From a candidate division WOR-3 bacterium (GTDB lineage Bacteria; Hydrothermota; Tepidihabitantia; SM23-42; JAOAFX01), in contig JBBILZ010000008.1 of assembly GCA_037444665.1 (NCBI GenBank), positions 1 to 54,578 on the forward strand: DNA of 54,578 nucleotides, in the 5' to 3' direction. Numbering within the stretch: the stretch's first letter is position 1; every line of letters begins with the position of its first letter. The notes under the pieces were generated by a model. That model worked only from the letters and a program-made list of their open reading frames with translations, searched no databases and was not told the origin of the DNA. The translations under genes were made by a program, and so were the position numbers. Shown here piece after piece: positions 37,605 through 48,634 of the stretch.

Positions 37605-40213
37605 AAATTTGCAATTGCCTTTTTTATATATTCTATTTTAATTAAAGATTCTTCAAGCCTCTTTGCTTCCTTCTGTTGAATTTCTATATGTGCCTGATTG
37701 AGATAACGGGGATTGTTCAAACGATTTTTTAGTTCATCAATGCGCTGTGTCAGGAACTCTATTTCACTTTTAAGCCGTTTCTTTTCTTTTTCTACATCAA
37801 TACCCCTGAGAATAACATAAACGACATATTGGGGAAGAACAATAGTGGCTACAGATGTCTGTGGTTTGCTATCAAACATAATCGAACTGACCTTTGCCAA
37901 TCTCTGGAATAGAAGATTGTTTTTGTTTATAAATTTCTGTCGCTCTTCATCCGTAGATATAATAATATTCAACATTTCCTGGGCAGGAATAGAAAATAAT
38001 CCACGGATATTTCTTATCTCTTCAATAAGGGTGATCGTTTCATTTACAATGTTTACTGATTTTTTTATTTTTATCGGCTTAGCATATTCTTCAAGTAGAA
38101 TACTCTTTTTTCTATCATCCGAAAATTTCTGGTAAATTTCTTCTGTAATAAATGGGATGAATGGATGTAAAAGTTTTAAGAGTTGTCTTAAAAAATATTT
38201 ACTTGCATTCTGTTTGTTGTACGGTGGAATTTTAATTATTTCAAGGTACCAGTCGCAAAATCTATGCCAGACAAAATCGTAAAGCCGCCGCGCCAGTGCG
38301 TTCAGCTCAAATCTTTCAAGATAGTATTCCAAATCTTTGAGTAGTTGATTGAATTCATTAGCGAGCCAGAGGTCAAAGTCTGTTAATTCAGTGGGGAGTG
38401 TTTCCGGGCTATCACTAAATGTGGTCATTATGAGCCGTGAAGCATTCCATAATTTGTTGCAGAATTTTCTACCCACATCAATTGATTTTTCACTGTAAAG
38501 TACATCCTGTTCGCGCGGGGTAATCAACATCAAGCCAAAGCGCAGGGCATCTGCACCATATTTTGCAATTAAATCCATTGGTTCTGGCGAATTGCCCAGA
38601 CTCTTTGACATTTTCCGTCCTTTTTCATCCCTTATCATTGGGTGGAATACAACATTACTAAAGGGTATATTTTTTGTGAATTCCAGCCCAGCCATAATCA
38701 TTCGCGCTACCCATAGATAGATTATATCCCATCCTGTGGCAAGGGTCTGGGTTGGATAAAAGCGTTTGAAGTCCTGGGTCTGTTCAGGCCAGCCCAATGT
38801 TGCAAATGGCCAGAGCCAGGAAGAGAACCAGGTATCAAGCACATCCTCATCCTGAGATATTTCTCTTGAACCGCACTGGGGGCATTGCTCAGGTTTTGTT
38901 TCAGACACAATAATTCCTTTGGATGTTTCATTATCATTTTCGTGATAACAGTTTTTACAGTAGTATATGGGTATCCTGTGTCCCCACCATAATTGTCTTG
39001 AAATACACCAATCCCTTACATTTTCCAGCCAGTGATTATATAAATTTACCCATCGTTTCGGATAGATTTTTATTCTTCCATCCCTAACAACTTCCAGTGC
39101 AGGTCCAGCAAGGGGTTTCATTTTCACAAACCATTGTTTTGAGAGTCTTGGTTCTATTGGTGTTTCACATCTTTCACATATCCCTATGGGAACTGTGTAA
39201 TTATCAATCTTCTCAACTAAATCCAATGATTTTAAGTGTTCAATAATTTTTTTCCTTGTTTCAAATCTTTCCTGACCACGATAAGGGTCAGCGTTTTCAT
39301 TCATTGTGCCGTCAGGATTCATTATATTGATAATTGTAAGATTATATTTCTTTGAAAGTTCAAAGTCAAATGGGTCATGGGCAGGAGTGACCTTCAAGGC
39401 ACCAGTGCCAAATTCCAGGTCAACATATTCATCGGCAATAATAGGGATCTCTCTATTCATAATTGGTAGAATTGCAGTTTTTCCGATAATGGATTGAAAC
39501 CTTTTATCTTTTGGATTGACGCAGATTGCAGTATCACCCAGCATTGTTTCTGGTCTTGTAGTAGCAACAGTAATAAAATCTTTTGAATTTTTTATTGGAT
39601 ATTTTATGTAATAGAGTTTTCCTGAAGTTTCTCTGGTCTCTACCTGTTCATCAGATAAGGCAGTTAAACATCTTGGGCACCAGTTGATGATACGCTCACC
39701 ACGATATATTAATCCTTTATGATAGAGCTCAACAAAGACTCTAATTACTTTCTTAGAATATTCTTCGCTCAATGTAAATTGTTCTCTTGTCCAATCAAGG
39801 GCACAGCCCATTTTCTTTAACTGCGCTCTGATTACATTGGCATATTCCTCTTTCCATTTCCATACTTCCTCAAGAAATTTTTCCCTGCCCAAGTCATGTT
39901 TTTTAATGCCTCTGGGCAAGAGTCTATCTTCTTCTACCTTTACCTGCGTGGCAATACCTGCATGGTCCATACCGGGTAACCAGAGCGTTTCATAACCGTT
40001 CATCTTTTTATATCTAATAATGACATCCTGAATAGTATTATTCAGAATATGCCCGAGTGTTAGCCTGCCCGTTACATTTGGAGGAGGAATAGTGATTGTA
40101 TAGGAGGGCTTTTTTGAATTTACATCGGGTGTGAATAGTTTTTCTTTGAGCCAGAATTCATATATCTTGTCTTCAATTCCTGTAGGGTCATATCTGCTTG
40201 TAATTTCGTCCAT
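37601..40213 (-). CDS. valS: Valine--tRNA ligase
   Basis: PPPNVTG, DHAGIATQ, ATTRPET, DWCISRQLWWGH, KMSKS, C-terminal coiled coil. Confidence 0.97.
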   Translation of the reverse strand: MDEITSRYDPTGIEDKIYEFWLKEKLFTPDVNSKKPSYTITIPPPNVTGRLTLGHILNNTIQDVIIRYKKMNGYETLWLPGMDHAGIATQVKVEEDRLLPRGIKKHDLGREKFLEEVWKWKEEYANVIRAQLKKMGCALDWTREQFTLSEEYSKKVIRVFVELYHKGLIYRGERIINWCPRCLTALSDEQVETRETSGKLYYIKYPIKNSKDFITVATTRPETMLGDTAICVNPKDKRFQSIIGKTAILPIMNREIPIIADEYVDLEFGTGALKVTPAHDPFDFELSKKYNLTIINIMNPDGTMNENADPYRGQERFETRKKIIEHLKSLDLVEKIDNYTVPIGICERCETPIEPRLSKQWFVKMKPLAGPALEVVRDGRIKIYPKRWVNLYNHWLENVRDWCISRQLWWGHRIPIYYCKNCYHENDNETSKGIIVSETKPEQCPQCGSREISQDEDVLDTWFSSWLWPFATLGWPEQTQDFKRFYPTQTLATGWDIIYLWVARMIMAGLEFTKNIPFSNVVFHPMIRDEKGRKMSKSLGNSPEPMDLIAKYGADALRFGLMLITPREQDVLYSEKSIDVGRKFCNKLWNASRLIMTTFSDSPETLPTELTDFDLWLANEFNQLLKDLEYYLERFELNALARRLYDFVWHRFCDWYLEIIKIPPYNKQNASKYFLRQLLKLLHPFIPFITEEIYQKFSDDRKKSILLEEYAKPIKIKKSVNIVNETITLIEEIRNIRGLFSIPAQEMLNIIISTDEERQKFINKNNLLFQRLAKVSSIMFDSKPQTSVATIVLPQYVVYVILRGIDVEKEKKRLKSEIEFLTQRIDELKNRLNNPRYLNQAHIEIQQKEAKRLEESLIKIEYIKKAIANL

Positions 40214-40248
40214 AATTAAATATACACACTTTTTTTATGAAGTCAATA

Positions 40249-41100
40249 TTATTTCTGGCAATTGGGACAGTATCTTGTTGAACGGCCACCTAATTTTTTG
40301 ACTATAATTTCTCTACCACATAATCGGCAGGGCTTTCCTTCTTGTGCATAGACATATAAAAATTTTTGGAAGTTGCCAGATTTGCCATCTGCCCTTTTGT
40401 AATCAGAGACTGTGGTTCCAAATTCATCAATCCCCTTTTTTAAGACATCTTTCAAGGCGATCAACAGTTTGAATACTTCTTCCGTATTTAATGTATTTGC
40501 CTTTCTTGTTGGTTTTATACCTGCCCTGAATAGTGCTTCATCTGAATAGATATTACCAACTCCTGCACAAACTGATTGGTCAAGGAGCAACTGTTTTATT
40601 GAAGTTTTGCGATTTTTTAATTTATTTCTGAAATAATGGAAATCATATTCGGGCGATAGTGGTTCATAACCGAGATTGAAGAGCCCTTTTAGAACACAGG
40701 GTTTTTCATCTTCTTTTATAAGATATGCTCTGCCCAGTGCCCTTGGTTCATAGAAGATAATACTACCACGGTTCAATTTAATAATCAGCCGCACAAATTT
40801 TTTATTCAGTTTTTTTCTGCTATCAGATCGTAAATTAGAAGCATCTTTTTGATAGATTAAAGCACCTGAAAGTCGTAAATGAAAGACCATTTTCTTTTTG
40901 TTAGATAATTTTAGAATCAAATATTTTGCCCTGCGGCATATATCAATAATAGATTGATTCAATATTTCCTTGCAAAAAAAATCAGGGGCAGGATAGCCAA
41001 TTATATCTTTTCTAAAAATTTTGCAACCGATTATTTTCCGGTCTAATATTTTAGGCTGTAATTCTCTTTTTATTGTTTCAACTTCGGGTAGTTCGGGCAT
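40249..41100 (-). CDS. mutM: Formamidopyrimidine-DNA glycosylase
   Basis: MPELPEVET, RRAKY, LLDQ...GVGNIYSDE, C-terminal Zn finger. Confidence 0.95.
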   Translation of the reverse strand: MPELPEVETIKRELQPKILDRKIIGCKIFRKDIIGYPAPDFFCKEILNQSIIDICRRAKYLILKLSNKKKMVFHLRLSGALIYQKDASNLRSDSRKKLNKKFVRLIIKLNRGSIIFYEPRALGRAYLIKEDEKPCVLKGLFNLGYEPLSPEYDFHYFRNKLKNRKTSIKQLLLDQSVCAGVGNIYSDEALFRAGIKPTRKANTLNTEEVFKLLIALKDVLKKGIDEFGTTVSDYKRADGKSGNFQKFLYVYAQEGKPCRLCGREIIVKKLGGRSTRYCPNCQK

Positions 41101-41165
41101 ATTTCTTAACTTGATATAATAAGACTTTCAAAGATTCAGATACCGAAATTACACTGGTTTTGCAT

Positions 41166-43442
41166 TTATTTTTTTCTCAGTAAATCCTTTAATTTATCTT
41201 CCAGTTCCTTTTTCTTTTTTTCATATTCGTCTTTAATCTTACCTTTGAGCCTTTCTTTAATTTTATTCGTATTCAATTTAAATTCGGGTGATAGAATTTT
41301 TCCCGTGGCAATTATGTCCAATGTTGCTCGTCCATTAGAGTCAAAATATAATAACCAATCACCATGATATTTTTTTAATAAATCAGATTCTTTTTTGTTG
41401 AGCGTTAAAACGATATTTAGATTAATCATTCCATCAAGCCTGATCGTGCCATTGGTCAGAAAATTGCCAATGTTTGTAGACATTGACCAATCTTCAATAT
41501 TTGTTTTGCCATTAACAATTTTAAAGGAGCAAACAATATCCTTGACCGGCATAGTTTTGGTATCACTGAATCCCATCCAGGTAAATAATTTATGCAAGAA
41601 TTCAAAATTCGTAAACACACCATTGACCAGTTTTATATTACCAGAAGCATTTAGGTTGGCAATGACTTCTTTTTGAGTAAATCCTTTGCCCTGGAAATTA
41701 TTAACACCTGATAATCTCCCCTGCAAATTTTCAAATTTCAGGAATCGTTTGAGTATCTTTTGAGTGGAAATATTTTCCATCCTGGTATTGATTCTATACG
41801 GCTCTGGACTCTGGCTATTATAATAGAAATCAAATTGGACCTTACCATCAAATGTTTCAGCAACACAATTTTTTAAATCTACAATACCGTTTTCATAGGT
41901 AAAAGAGGTATTAACATTTCTAAATTCCATGTCCATACCGGTTAATCTGTTTATTTTAATATTCCCCTGGACGGTTACTGGAACACCTTTCTGCTCGGTT
42001 TTCTTTTCGGTCTTTGTTTTGGGTAGTAATTCGTCAAGGTCTATGAGGTTTGAGGAATTATTTATTTGAATCACCGGTTTCTTAAAATTGGAAACATATC
42101 CACTAAATGAAAAATCTGAATGTCCGATATGGCCAGAACATTCTGTAATTTTCGCACCGTCATTCTGGATTGTTCCTCTGGTTCTGAAATTCGTGATGGG
42201 TTTGTTCAGTCCAATTCCATCAATGGTTGCATCTGTTATTGTATAATCACCAAAATAATTTGGTATACTTGCCTTCCCTTTGATTGTGATATTTAAATTA
42301 GCAGTGCCATTCAGCTTTATTTCTTTGGTTTGGTCAGATAGATTTTTAATATCTTCTAAATTGCAGACAATCTTTACCATTAAATCAAGCAAGGGGTCTT
42401 TTAAATTAATCACTGAGCCACTGATGTCAAAACGGGATGTGCCCAACATCCCCTGAATAATAATATTTTTGATTGAATTCAAATCAAAGGCAAAACTACC
42501 GTTAATTTTATCAATATTGCGATTCATCCCGGCCGGTCTAACACTAATATTTGTTAACTCACATTTGCCATTTACCTTTGGTTCCTTTATTGTGCCAAGG
42601 CAGGAAATGTCCATTTTAATGGAACCACTCAATTGCTGGGGTCTTGATTTTGCGGGTATCAATCCGATTGCCTTGTTAAGTTCAAAAATTTTCACCTCTG
42701 CGTTAAGATTCAAAAATTCAGATTTTTCAATATTACCAGAAATCTTTAATTCTAATGGTTCGTATGTTGCCTTTAATTCTTTGATAGAAATATTTTTTGT
42801 AATTGTATCATATTCTATATTGTTATTTATCTTTACAATTAGTTCCGGGGCATTTTTGATTTTTAAGATGTAGAGTGATTGATTACCAGTTAATGCGATC
42901 AGCTGGTGCCTGAATTTTATTGATTGTTTGATATCTTTTAATTGTAGGTAAATACCGGCAACGGGGTCATTGTATGAAATATTACCTCGTGAAACATTTA
43001 CCCCATCAAGCTCCAGGTTCCATCCTTTTCCTCCTTTCTGTTCGGTCTGAGGTAGTGCTATATTGTATTGATTGTTTCTGTTTTTTTCAATCTTTACATT
43101 TGCGCCATCAATACTAATGCTACTGACTACAATCTGCCTTCTAATTAATGGTAATAATTTAAGATTTAATCTTATTTTTTCTATGGAGACCATTTTATCC
43201 TGAGAAAATTGTGGTGGATTGGGAATGGATAAACGGTCAATGCCAATTGAGATTTTAAATCCTAATTTTAATGAAACACTACCTATTTCTACGGGGTAGT
43301 TTATTGCTTCAGATGCCATTTTTTCAACGACCGAGCGGAGATAGGCAGGAGTAAGAAAAGAACTTATAGCGATATAACCAATAATTACTAATACGATTAT
43401 AAGTGCTATTATCACTGCAAGTATTTTCAACATTTTTTTCAT
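41166..43442 (-). CDS. AsmA-family protein
   Basis: N-terminal TM anchor, LKLLPL..RQIVV, repeated beta-groove pattern. Confidence 0.8.
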   Translation of the reverse strand: MKKMLKILAVIIALIIVLVIIGYIAISSFLTPAYLRSVVEKMASEAINYPVEIGSVSLKLGFKISIGIDRLSIPNPPQFSQDKMVSIEKIRLNLKLLPLIRRQIVVSSISIDGANVKIEKNRNNQYNIALPQTEQKGGKGWNLELDGVNVSRGNISYNDPVAGIYLQLKDIKQSIKFRHQLIALTGNQSLYILKIKNAPELIVKINNNIEYDTITKNISIKELKATYEPLELKISGNIEKSEFLNLNAEVKIFELNKAIGLIPAKSRPQQLSGSIKMDISCLGTIKEPKVNGKCELTNISVRPAGMNRNIDKINGSFAFDLNSIKNIIIQGMLGTSRFDISGSVINLKDPLLDLMVKIVCNLEDIKNLSDQTKEIKLNGTANLNITIKGKASIPNYFGDYTITDATIDGIGLNKPITNFRTRGTIQNDGAKITECSGHIGHSDFSFSGYVSNFKKPVIQINNSSNLIDLDELLPKTKTEKKTEQKGVPVTVQGNIKINRLTGMDMEFRNVNTSFTYENGIVDLKNCVAETFDGKVQFDFYYNSQSPEPYRINTRMENISTQKILKRFLKFENLQGRLSGVNNFQGKGFTQKEVIANLNASGNIKLVNGVFTNFEFLHKLFTWMGFSDTKTMPVKDIVCSFKIVNGKTNIEDWSMSTNIGNFLTNGTIRLDGMINLNIVLTLNKKESDLLKKYHGDWLLYFDSNGRATLDIIATGKILSPEFKLNTNKIKERLKGKIKDEYEKKKKELEDKLKDLLRKK

Positions 43443-43454
43443 TTTAACCTCCTT

Positions 43455-44096
43455 TTAAAAATATGATGCTACACCTCCACTAAATAGTCTTGAGAAGAGG
43501 TTCACAAATGGGCCAATCCATCCCCATAAAATTGGAACGCCAAGATTGTCAATAAATATTAATCCGATTAAAAGGATAAAACCATATCGTTCAAGGTAAA
43601 TTTCAAGATTATTGTAGCGTGGGGGGAGTAAGTTGAATAAAACTTTTGAGCCATCAAGTGGTGGTATGGGGATGAGATTAAAAGCACAGAGAATTAGATT
43701 ATAGATTATTCCTAATTGTAGCATAAGCCATAAAGGGGACAGATCCATATGTCCTGCGCCAGGAGCCAGGATTCTTAATAATATACCAAAGATGAAGGCA
43801 AGAAAAAAATTTGATAATGGTCCAGCAATGGAAGTGAAAATAATCCCCTTTTTATAGTTATAAAAATTATATGGATTAATCGGCACTGGTTTTGCCCAGC
43901 CAAATCTGAAGATGATAAACGCAATAAATCCTATGGGGTCAATATGTTTCAGTGGATTAAAAGTGAGCCTTCCCGCAAATTTTGCAGTGGGGTCTCCCAT
44001 ACGATACGCAACATAGCCATGGAAATATTCATGCACGGTCAATGCCAGCAAAAGTGGCGGCAGGGATAATATTAATTCCAGAATTTGTTCAGGCAT
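43455..44096 (-). CDS. Site-2 protease (M50)
   Basis: HEYFHG, GDPTA, GWAKPVP, AGPLSN, FNLIPIPPLDG. Confidence 0.92.
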   Translation of the reverse strand: MPEQILELILSLPPLLLALTVHEYFHGYVAYRMGDPTAKFAGRLTFNPLKHIDPIGFIAFIIFRFGWAKPVPINPYNFYNYKKGIIFTSIAGPLSNFFLAFIFGILLRILAPGAGHMDLSPLWLMLQLGIIYNLILCAFNLIPIPPLDGSKVLFNLLPPRYNNLEIYLERYGFILLIGLIFIDNLGVPILWGWIGPFVNLFSRLFSGGVASYF

Positions 44097-45246
44097 GTTT
44101 TATATATGATAGCGCAGTTTTTTTATTTTTGATTTTGCCATCAAGCTGTAGTTGATATATCTCGGAGAGAATTCTATTGAAGTCAGAGCCTGGTCTGATG
44201 CCAATTTTTTTTAAGTCTTCGCCATTTATCAAAGGTTTGATTTTCTTTAAAGAATGGTAACGCCTGACCAAATTTTTCAGGTCAGGAAAGATCTTTGGAA
44301 TTTCATTAATAACTCTTTCGTCAATTTTATTGAGTGTGTAAAATAAAGCGCTATTTCTTTTTGCATATTTTATGGTTTTTCGTAACTCATCAATTTTTTT
44401 TAGGTCATTTATAATTTTCTTTTCCTGATTGCTTAAAGGAAAGTTTTCAGCACCGATGAGATTAAGAAAGTAGTAGTATTTTAAATCGTGCATTTTCTTG
44501 ATTTTTTGTAATGTATTTGGGGGAAGATTAAATATTTTATATTTTATCAAATCCGTTAATATTTTTTGATAAGATTTTTCTGTAAAGACTAATGTTAACT
44601 CATTCATTATGCGTTGCTTTGAAATTTTTTCAGGCATCCTTTTTGAAATGGCGTCATTTAAGAGATTTTCAGTATCTTCTTCCAGTTTAAAGTTCAGGCG
44701 GTTCTTATAACGGAGGGCACGGAATATGCGTGTTGGGTCATCAATAAAACTTTTTTTGTGTAAAATCCTGACCAATTTTTTCCTAATATCACCAATACCG
44801 TCAAAAGGGTCAAGGATTTTACCACAATGTTCTTTTGAAATAGAGAGTGCAATTGCATTGATTGTAAAATCTCTGCGCTTCAGGTCTTCTAAAATATTAG
44901 ACTTGAAAACTGTGGGTAGGGCACCAGGATATTGATAGATTTCTTTGCGCGCGGTTGCCAGATCAATCCTTATATTATTTTTCAATATTGAAACCGTCCC
45001 AAATTCTTTATGAACCTGCAATTTACCGTTTAACATCTTATTCAATTCATAACCAGCTTTTATCGCATTTCCTTCAACAACAATATCAATATCCTTTGTA
45101 TTGCGCTTTAAGATTATGTCCCTTATTACACCACCGACGAGATAAGCTTTGTAAGATGAGTTGATGAAGAAATGTGCAATTTTATTTAAAACCGATCTCT
45201 TTTTCTTCTTTGCCAAAGATTTTAATCTTACCAAATCTTTCTTCAT
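44089..45246 (-). CDS. Class II tRNA nucleotidyltransferase (CCA/A-adding-like); start uncertain
   Basis: LVGGVIRD, DIDI, DLATARKE.Y..PGALP, EDLKRRDFTINA, SFIDDPTRIFR. Confidence 0.85.
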   Translation of the reverse strand: MKKDLVRLKSLAKKKKRSVLNKIAHFFINSSYKAYLVGGVIRDIILKRNTKDIDIVVEGNAIKAGYELNKMLNGKLQVHKEFGTVSILKNNIRIDLATARKEIYQYPGALPTVFKSNILEDLKRRDFTINAIALSISKEHCGKILDPFDGIGDIRKKLVRILHKKSFIDDPTRIFRALRYKNRLNFKLEEDTENLLNDAISKRMPEKISKQRIMNELTLVFTEKSYQKILTDLIKYKIFNLPPNTLQKIKKMHDLKYYYFLNLIGAENFPLSNQEKKIINDLKKIDELRKTIKYAKRNSALFYTLNKIDERVINEIPKIFPDLKNLVRRYHSLKKIKPLINGEDLKKIGIRPGSDFNRILSEIYQLQLDGKIKNKKTALSYIKHA

Positions 45247-45472
45247 ATTTTTTAAGGTTCTCTTCCAGCGCATCCTTTAATAAATGTGCATTCTGTGGCG
45301 TCATTATTATTCTTGAGAATACCTTTGCCTTTTGTAGACCGGGCAGCATCCGTGCAAAATCAAGGATAAACTCTGAAGGAGAATGGGCAATCAAGACAAT
45401 ATTAGAATATACCCCTTCTGAATGTTCAGGGCTAATTTCAACACTAATTGGTTGTCTTTTTTCCTCTTCCAT
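45182..45472 (-). CDS. DUF3467 family protein
   Basis: GVYSN...HSPSEFILDF, SRIIMTPQNA, YEERFG.I. Confidence 0.85.
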   Translation of the reverse strand: MEEEKRQPISVEISPEHSEGVYSNIVLIAHSPSEFILDFARMLPGLQKAKVFSRIIMTPQNAHLLKDALEENLKKYEERFGKIKIFGKEEKEIGFK

Positions 45473-45533
45473 TTATTTGCTCCTTTTTATAAATTATACT
45501 CAGATATGGTTTATTATCAAGAGGTAAATTATT

Positions 45534-45622
45534 TGAGTCCTCTCCACTTTTTTACCAAAAATAGAAAGTCTCATACATGAGGCAATTACAAAAATTTCAA
45601 AAATATTAAATAGGGAGTAAAA
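45534..45622. repeat. Family B element, internally deleted copy
   Basis: TGAGTCCTCTCCACTTTT (matches 17008-17025) joined to a segment matching about 17170-17232, including a degenerate REP at 45568-45590. Confidence 0.7.
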
Positions 45623-45681
45623 CTCCATTCCTTGACTTTGGTAATTTTTTAATTATAATTGCTGGTAAGGAGGTTATTGCT

Positions 45682-47247
45682 ATGAAACCATTTAGAAATG
45701 AGAAATATACGGATTTTACCCTGCCTGAAAATAAAAAAAAGATGGAAAAGGCACTTGCCGAAGTAGAGTCCCAGTTCGGCAGAGAATATGATATTATAAT
45801 TGGTGGTGAAAGATTAAAAACTGATAATAAATTAATTTCATATAATCCATCACAAAAAGACCAGGTGGTGGGTGTATTTCAGAAAGCCGATGAAAAGATT
45901 GCCGAAAAGGCAATGCAGGCTGCCCTTGAAACATTCAAGACCTGGCAATATACTCCAGCAAAGACAAGGGCGAACTATCTATTTAAAATGGCAAATATTA
46001 TGCGTAAAAGAAGACTAGAACTTGATGCCTGGTTAGTATTTGAGGCAGGTAAGAATTGGGTTGAGGCTGATGCAGATATTGCAGAAGCGATTGATTTTTG
46101 TGAATATTATGGCAGGGAAGCGATAAGATATGATAAAGGTCCAAAACTACTCCAGTATCCTGGAGAAAAGGACGAACAGGTCTATATTCCTCTGGGCGTA
46201 GGTATTGTTATTCCACCCTGGAATTTCCCTATGGCAATTCTTACGGGAATGACCACTGCCTCATTTGTTAGTGGCAATACAGTTATCTTAAAACCATCAA
46301 GTGATACACCTACCATTGCTCAAAAATTTATGGAGATTGTTGAAGAGGCAAAAGTTCCTGCAGGTGTGGTTAATTTTATGACAGGGCCAGGAGCACTTGC
46401 CGGTGATTATCTGGTGCGTCATCCCAAAACCAGATTTATCGCCTTTACTGGTTCAAAAGAGGTAGGGTTACGCATTGTTGAACAGGCAGCAAAGACACAG
46501 CCCGGGCAGATATGGATAAAGCGCGTGGTAGCAGAAATGGGTGGTAAGGATGCAATAATCGTGGATTCAGAGGCAGATATTGATAGTGCAGTTACAGGAG
46601 TTCTGGCATCAGCATTTGGATATCAAGGGCAAAAATGTTCTGCCTGTTCACGATTGATTCTTGATGATAAAGTTTACGAAAAATTTATGGAAAAATTCAT
46701 TCCCCGGGTAGAGGCAATTAAGGTAGGCCCAGTAAAATATTTTGAGAATTATATGGGACCAGTGATTAGTCAGAGTGCTTACAATTCAATTATGGAATAT
46801 ATAAAGATTGGAAAATCAGAAGGTAGGCTGGTCTGCGGTGGTGAACCAGCAGGCGACCAGGGATGGTTTATTAGGCCCACTGTGATTGAGATTGATAGTC
46901 CAAAAGCGAGGATTTTCCAGGAAGAAATCTTTGGACCGGTTCTGGCTGTAATCCGTGCCAGGAATTATGACCATGCCATAGAACTTGCTAATGATTCAGA
47001 GTACGGTTTAACTGGTGCTGTTTATACAAAGAACCGCAAGAAGATAGAGAGGGCAAAAAAGGAATTATTCTGTGGTAATCTTTATATCAATCGTAAATGC
47101 ACTGGAGCACTCGTTGGTGTCCATCCATTTGGTGGTTTTAATATGTCAGGGACCGATTCAAAAGCCGGGGGTCCGGATTATCTCTTACTCTTTACTCAGG
47201 CAAAGGCAATTGCAGAATTTATTGGAACAAAGAAAAGGAGGAGATAA
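45682..47247 (+). CDS. pruA: 1-pyrroline-5-carboxylate (L-glutamate gamma-semialdehyde) dehydrogenase
   Basis: PFRNE, EAIDF, PPWNFP, FTGS, AEMGGK, GQKCSACS, EEIFGP, PFGGFNMSGTDSKAGG. Confidence 0.93.
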   Translation: MKPFRNEKYTDFTLPENKKKMEKALAEVESQFGREYDIIIGGERLKTDNKLISYNPSQKDQVVGVFQKADEKIAEKAMQAALETFKTWQYTPAKTRANYLFKMANIMRKRRLELDAWLVFEAGKNWVEADADIAEAIDFCEYYGREAIRYDKGPKLLQYPGEKDEQVYIPLGVGIVIPPWNFPMAILTGMTTASFVSGNTVILKPSSDTPTIAQKFMEIVEEAKVPAGVVNFMTGPGALAGDYLVRHPKTRFIAFTGSKEVGLRIVEQAAKTQPGQIWIKRVVAEMGGKDAIIVDSEADIDSAVTGVLASAFGYQGQKCSACSRLILDDKVYEKFMEKFIPRVEAIKVGPVKYFENYMGPVISQSAYNSIMEYIKIGKSEGRLVCGGEPAGDQGWFIRPTVIEIDSPKARIFQEEIFGPVLAVIRARNYDHAIELANDSEYGLTGAVYTKNRKKIERAKKELFCGNLYINRKCTGALVGVHPFGGFNMSGTDSKAGGPDYLLLFTQAKAIAEFIGTKKRRR

Positions 47248-47248
47248 A

Positions 47249-48568
47249 ATGAATAAACAAGAATTATTTCGGCAGATAAAGAAGTATGACATAAAATTCA
47301 TTGACCTCTGGTTTTCTGATATTCTTGGTTCAATCAAGAATGTTACTATCACCATCAATGAACTTGATAAGGCATTGACAGATGGGATCTGGTTTGACGG
47401 TTCGTCTGTTGAAGGATTTGGCAGAATTTGCGAGAGCGATATGTTCTTAAAACCTGATTTAAATACTTTTGCAATAATTCCCTGGAAAACTGAAAAGACA
47501 GCACGTTTTATCTGTGATGTTTACGGTCCTGACCACAAACCATCAGTCGTTGACCCAAGAGGTTTATTAAAGCGGGTTCTGCATAAACTTGAAAAAGATG
47601 GAATGAAATTTATGGTTGGTGCTGAACTTGAGTTCTATCTTTTTCAGCGCGATGGTTCAAAGATTACACCGTTACTCCATGACCAGGTTGGATATTTTGA
47701 CCTTGGCGGTGACCTGGCATTGAGGGTTCGTAAAGAAATGTGCTTGAAATTGGCTGAGTTCGGGATTGTTGTAGAAGCAGGCCATCATGAAGTGGGCAAA
47801 AGCCAGCACGAAATTGATCTGCAATATTGTGATGCACTGCACCTCGCAGATAATATCCTCACTGCAAAAATGGTGATAAAAAGGATTGCAGAAGAGCATA
47901 GTCTTTATGCAACATTTATGCCCAAACCTCTGTTTGGTATGGCAGGTTGTGGTATGCATACGCATCAAAGTATTTTCAAAAATAACAAGAATATTTTTGC
48001 TGATTCTGCAGATGGTTATGGCTTATCGCAATTTGCATATCATTACCTATCAGGGCTCCTTACGCATATAAAAGAACTTTCAGCAGTTATATCACCGATA
48101 GTAAATTCTTATAAAAGGCTCGTTTCTGGTTTTGAGGCGCCAGTATATATTTGCTGGGGCAGGATGAATCGCTCAGCACTGGTGCGTGTTCCACAGATTA
48201 CGAAAAATAGATTGAATAGCACGCGTCTTGAGTTGAGGTCGGTTGACCCCTGCACAAATCCATATCTTGCCTTCAGTGTGATACTTGAGGCGGGTATGGA
48301 TGGTGTAAATAATAAATTGAAAAACCCGAAACCAGTGGAAGAAAATGTTTATCAGATTGAGAAAGTAGACCTTAAGAATAAAAAGATTGATGTTCTGCCC
48401 AGGTCCCTATGGGAGGCATTACAATATTATCATAAGAGTAAACTTGTGAAGAATGTCTTTGGGGATTCGCTCTTTGAAAAATATTATGAAATCAAACTGC
48501 GCGAGTGGAATGAATATTCTGTGCAGGTTTCAAAATGGGAGATTGATAAGTATCTGGAGATATATTGA
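47249..48568 (+). CDS. glnA: Glutamine synthetase family protein (GSI-alpha-like or gamma-glutamyl ligase)
   Basis: FDGSSVEGF, ELEFYLF, HHEV..SQHEI, TFMPKP, GCGMHTHQS, SYKRLVSGFEAP, RLELRS.D; start 47249 after SD. Confidence 0.85.
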   Translation: MNKQELFRQIKKYDIKFIDLWFSDILGSIKNVTITINELDKALTDGIWFDGSSVEGFGRICESDMFLKPDLNTFAIIPWKTEKTARFICDVYGPDHKPSVVDPRGLLKRVLHKLEKDGMKFMVGAELEFYLFQRDGSKITPLLHDQVGYFDLGGDLALRVRKEMCLKLAEFGIVVEAGHHEVGKSQHEIDLQYCDALHLADNILTAKMVIKRIAEEHSLYATFMPKPLFGMAGCGMHTHQSIFKNNKNIFADSADGYGLSQFAYHYLSGLLTHIKELSAVISPIVNSYKRLVSGFEAPVYICWGRMNRSALVRVPQITKNRLNSTRLELRSVDPCTNPYLAFSVILEAGMDGVNNKLKNPKPVEENVYQIEKVDLKNKKIDVLPRSLWEALQYYHKSKLVKNVFGDSLFEKYYEIKLREWNEYSVQVSKWEIDKYLEIY

Positions 48569-48570
48569 TT

Positions 48571-48628
48571 AGAGGGCTAAAGAGGGCGATAAAAGGCAGT
48601 TGAAGGCGATAGAAGGCAATTCAGGCAA
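48571..48628. repeat. Degenerate 10-mer tandem array (AGAAGGCGAT-like)
   Basis: agagggctaa agagggcgat aaaaggcagt tgaaggcgat agaaggcaat tcaggcaa. Confidence 0.6.
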
Positions 48629-48634
48629 ACTTAT

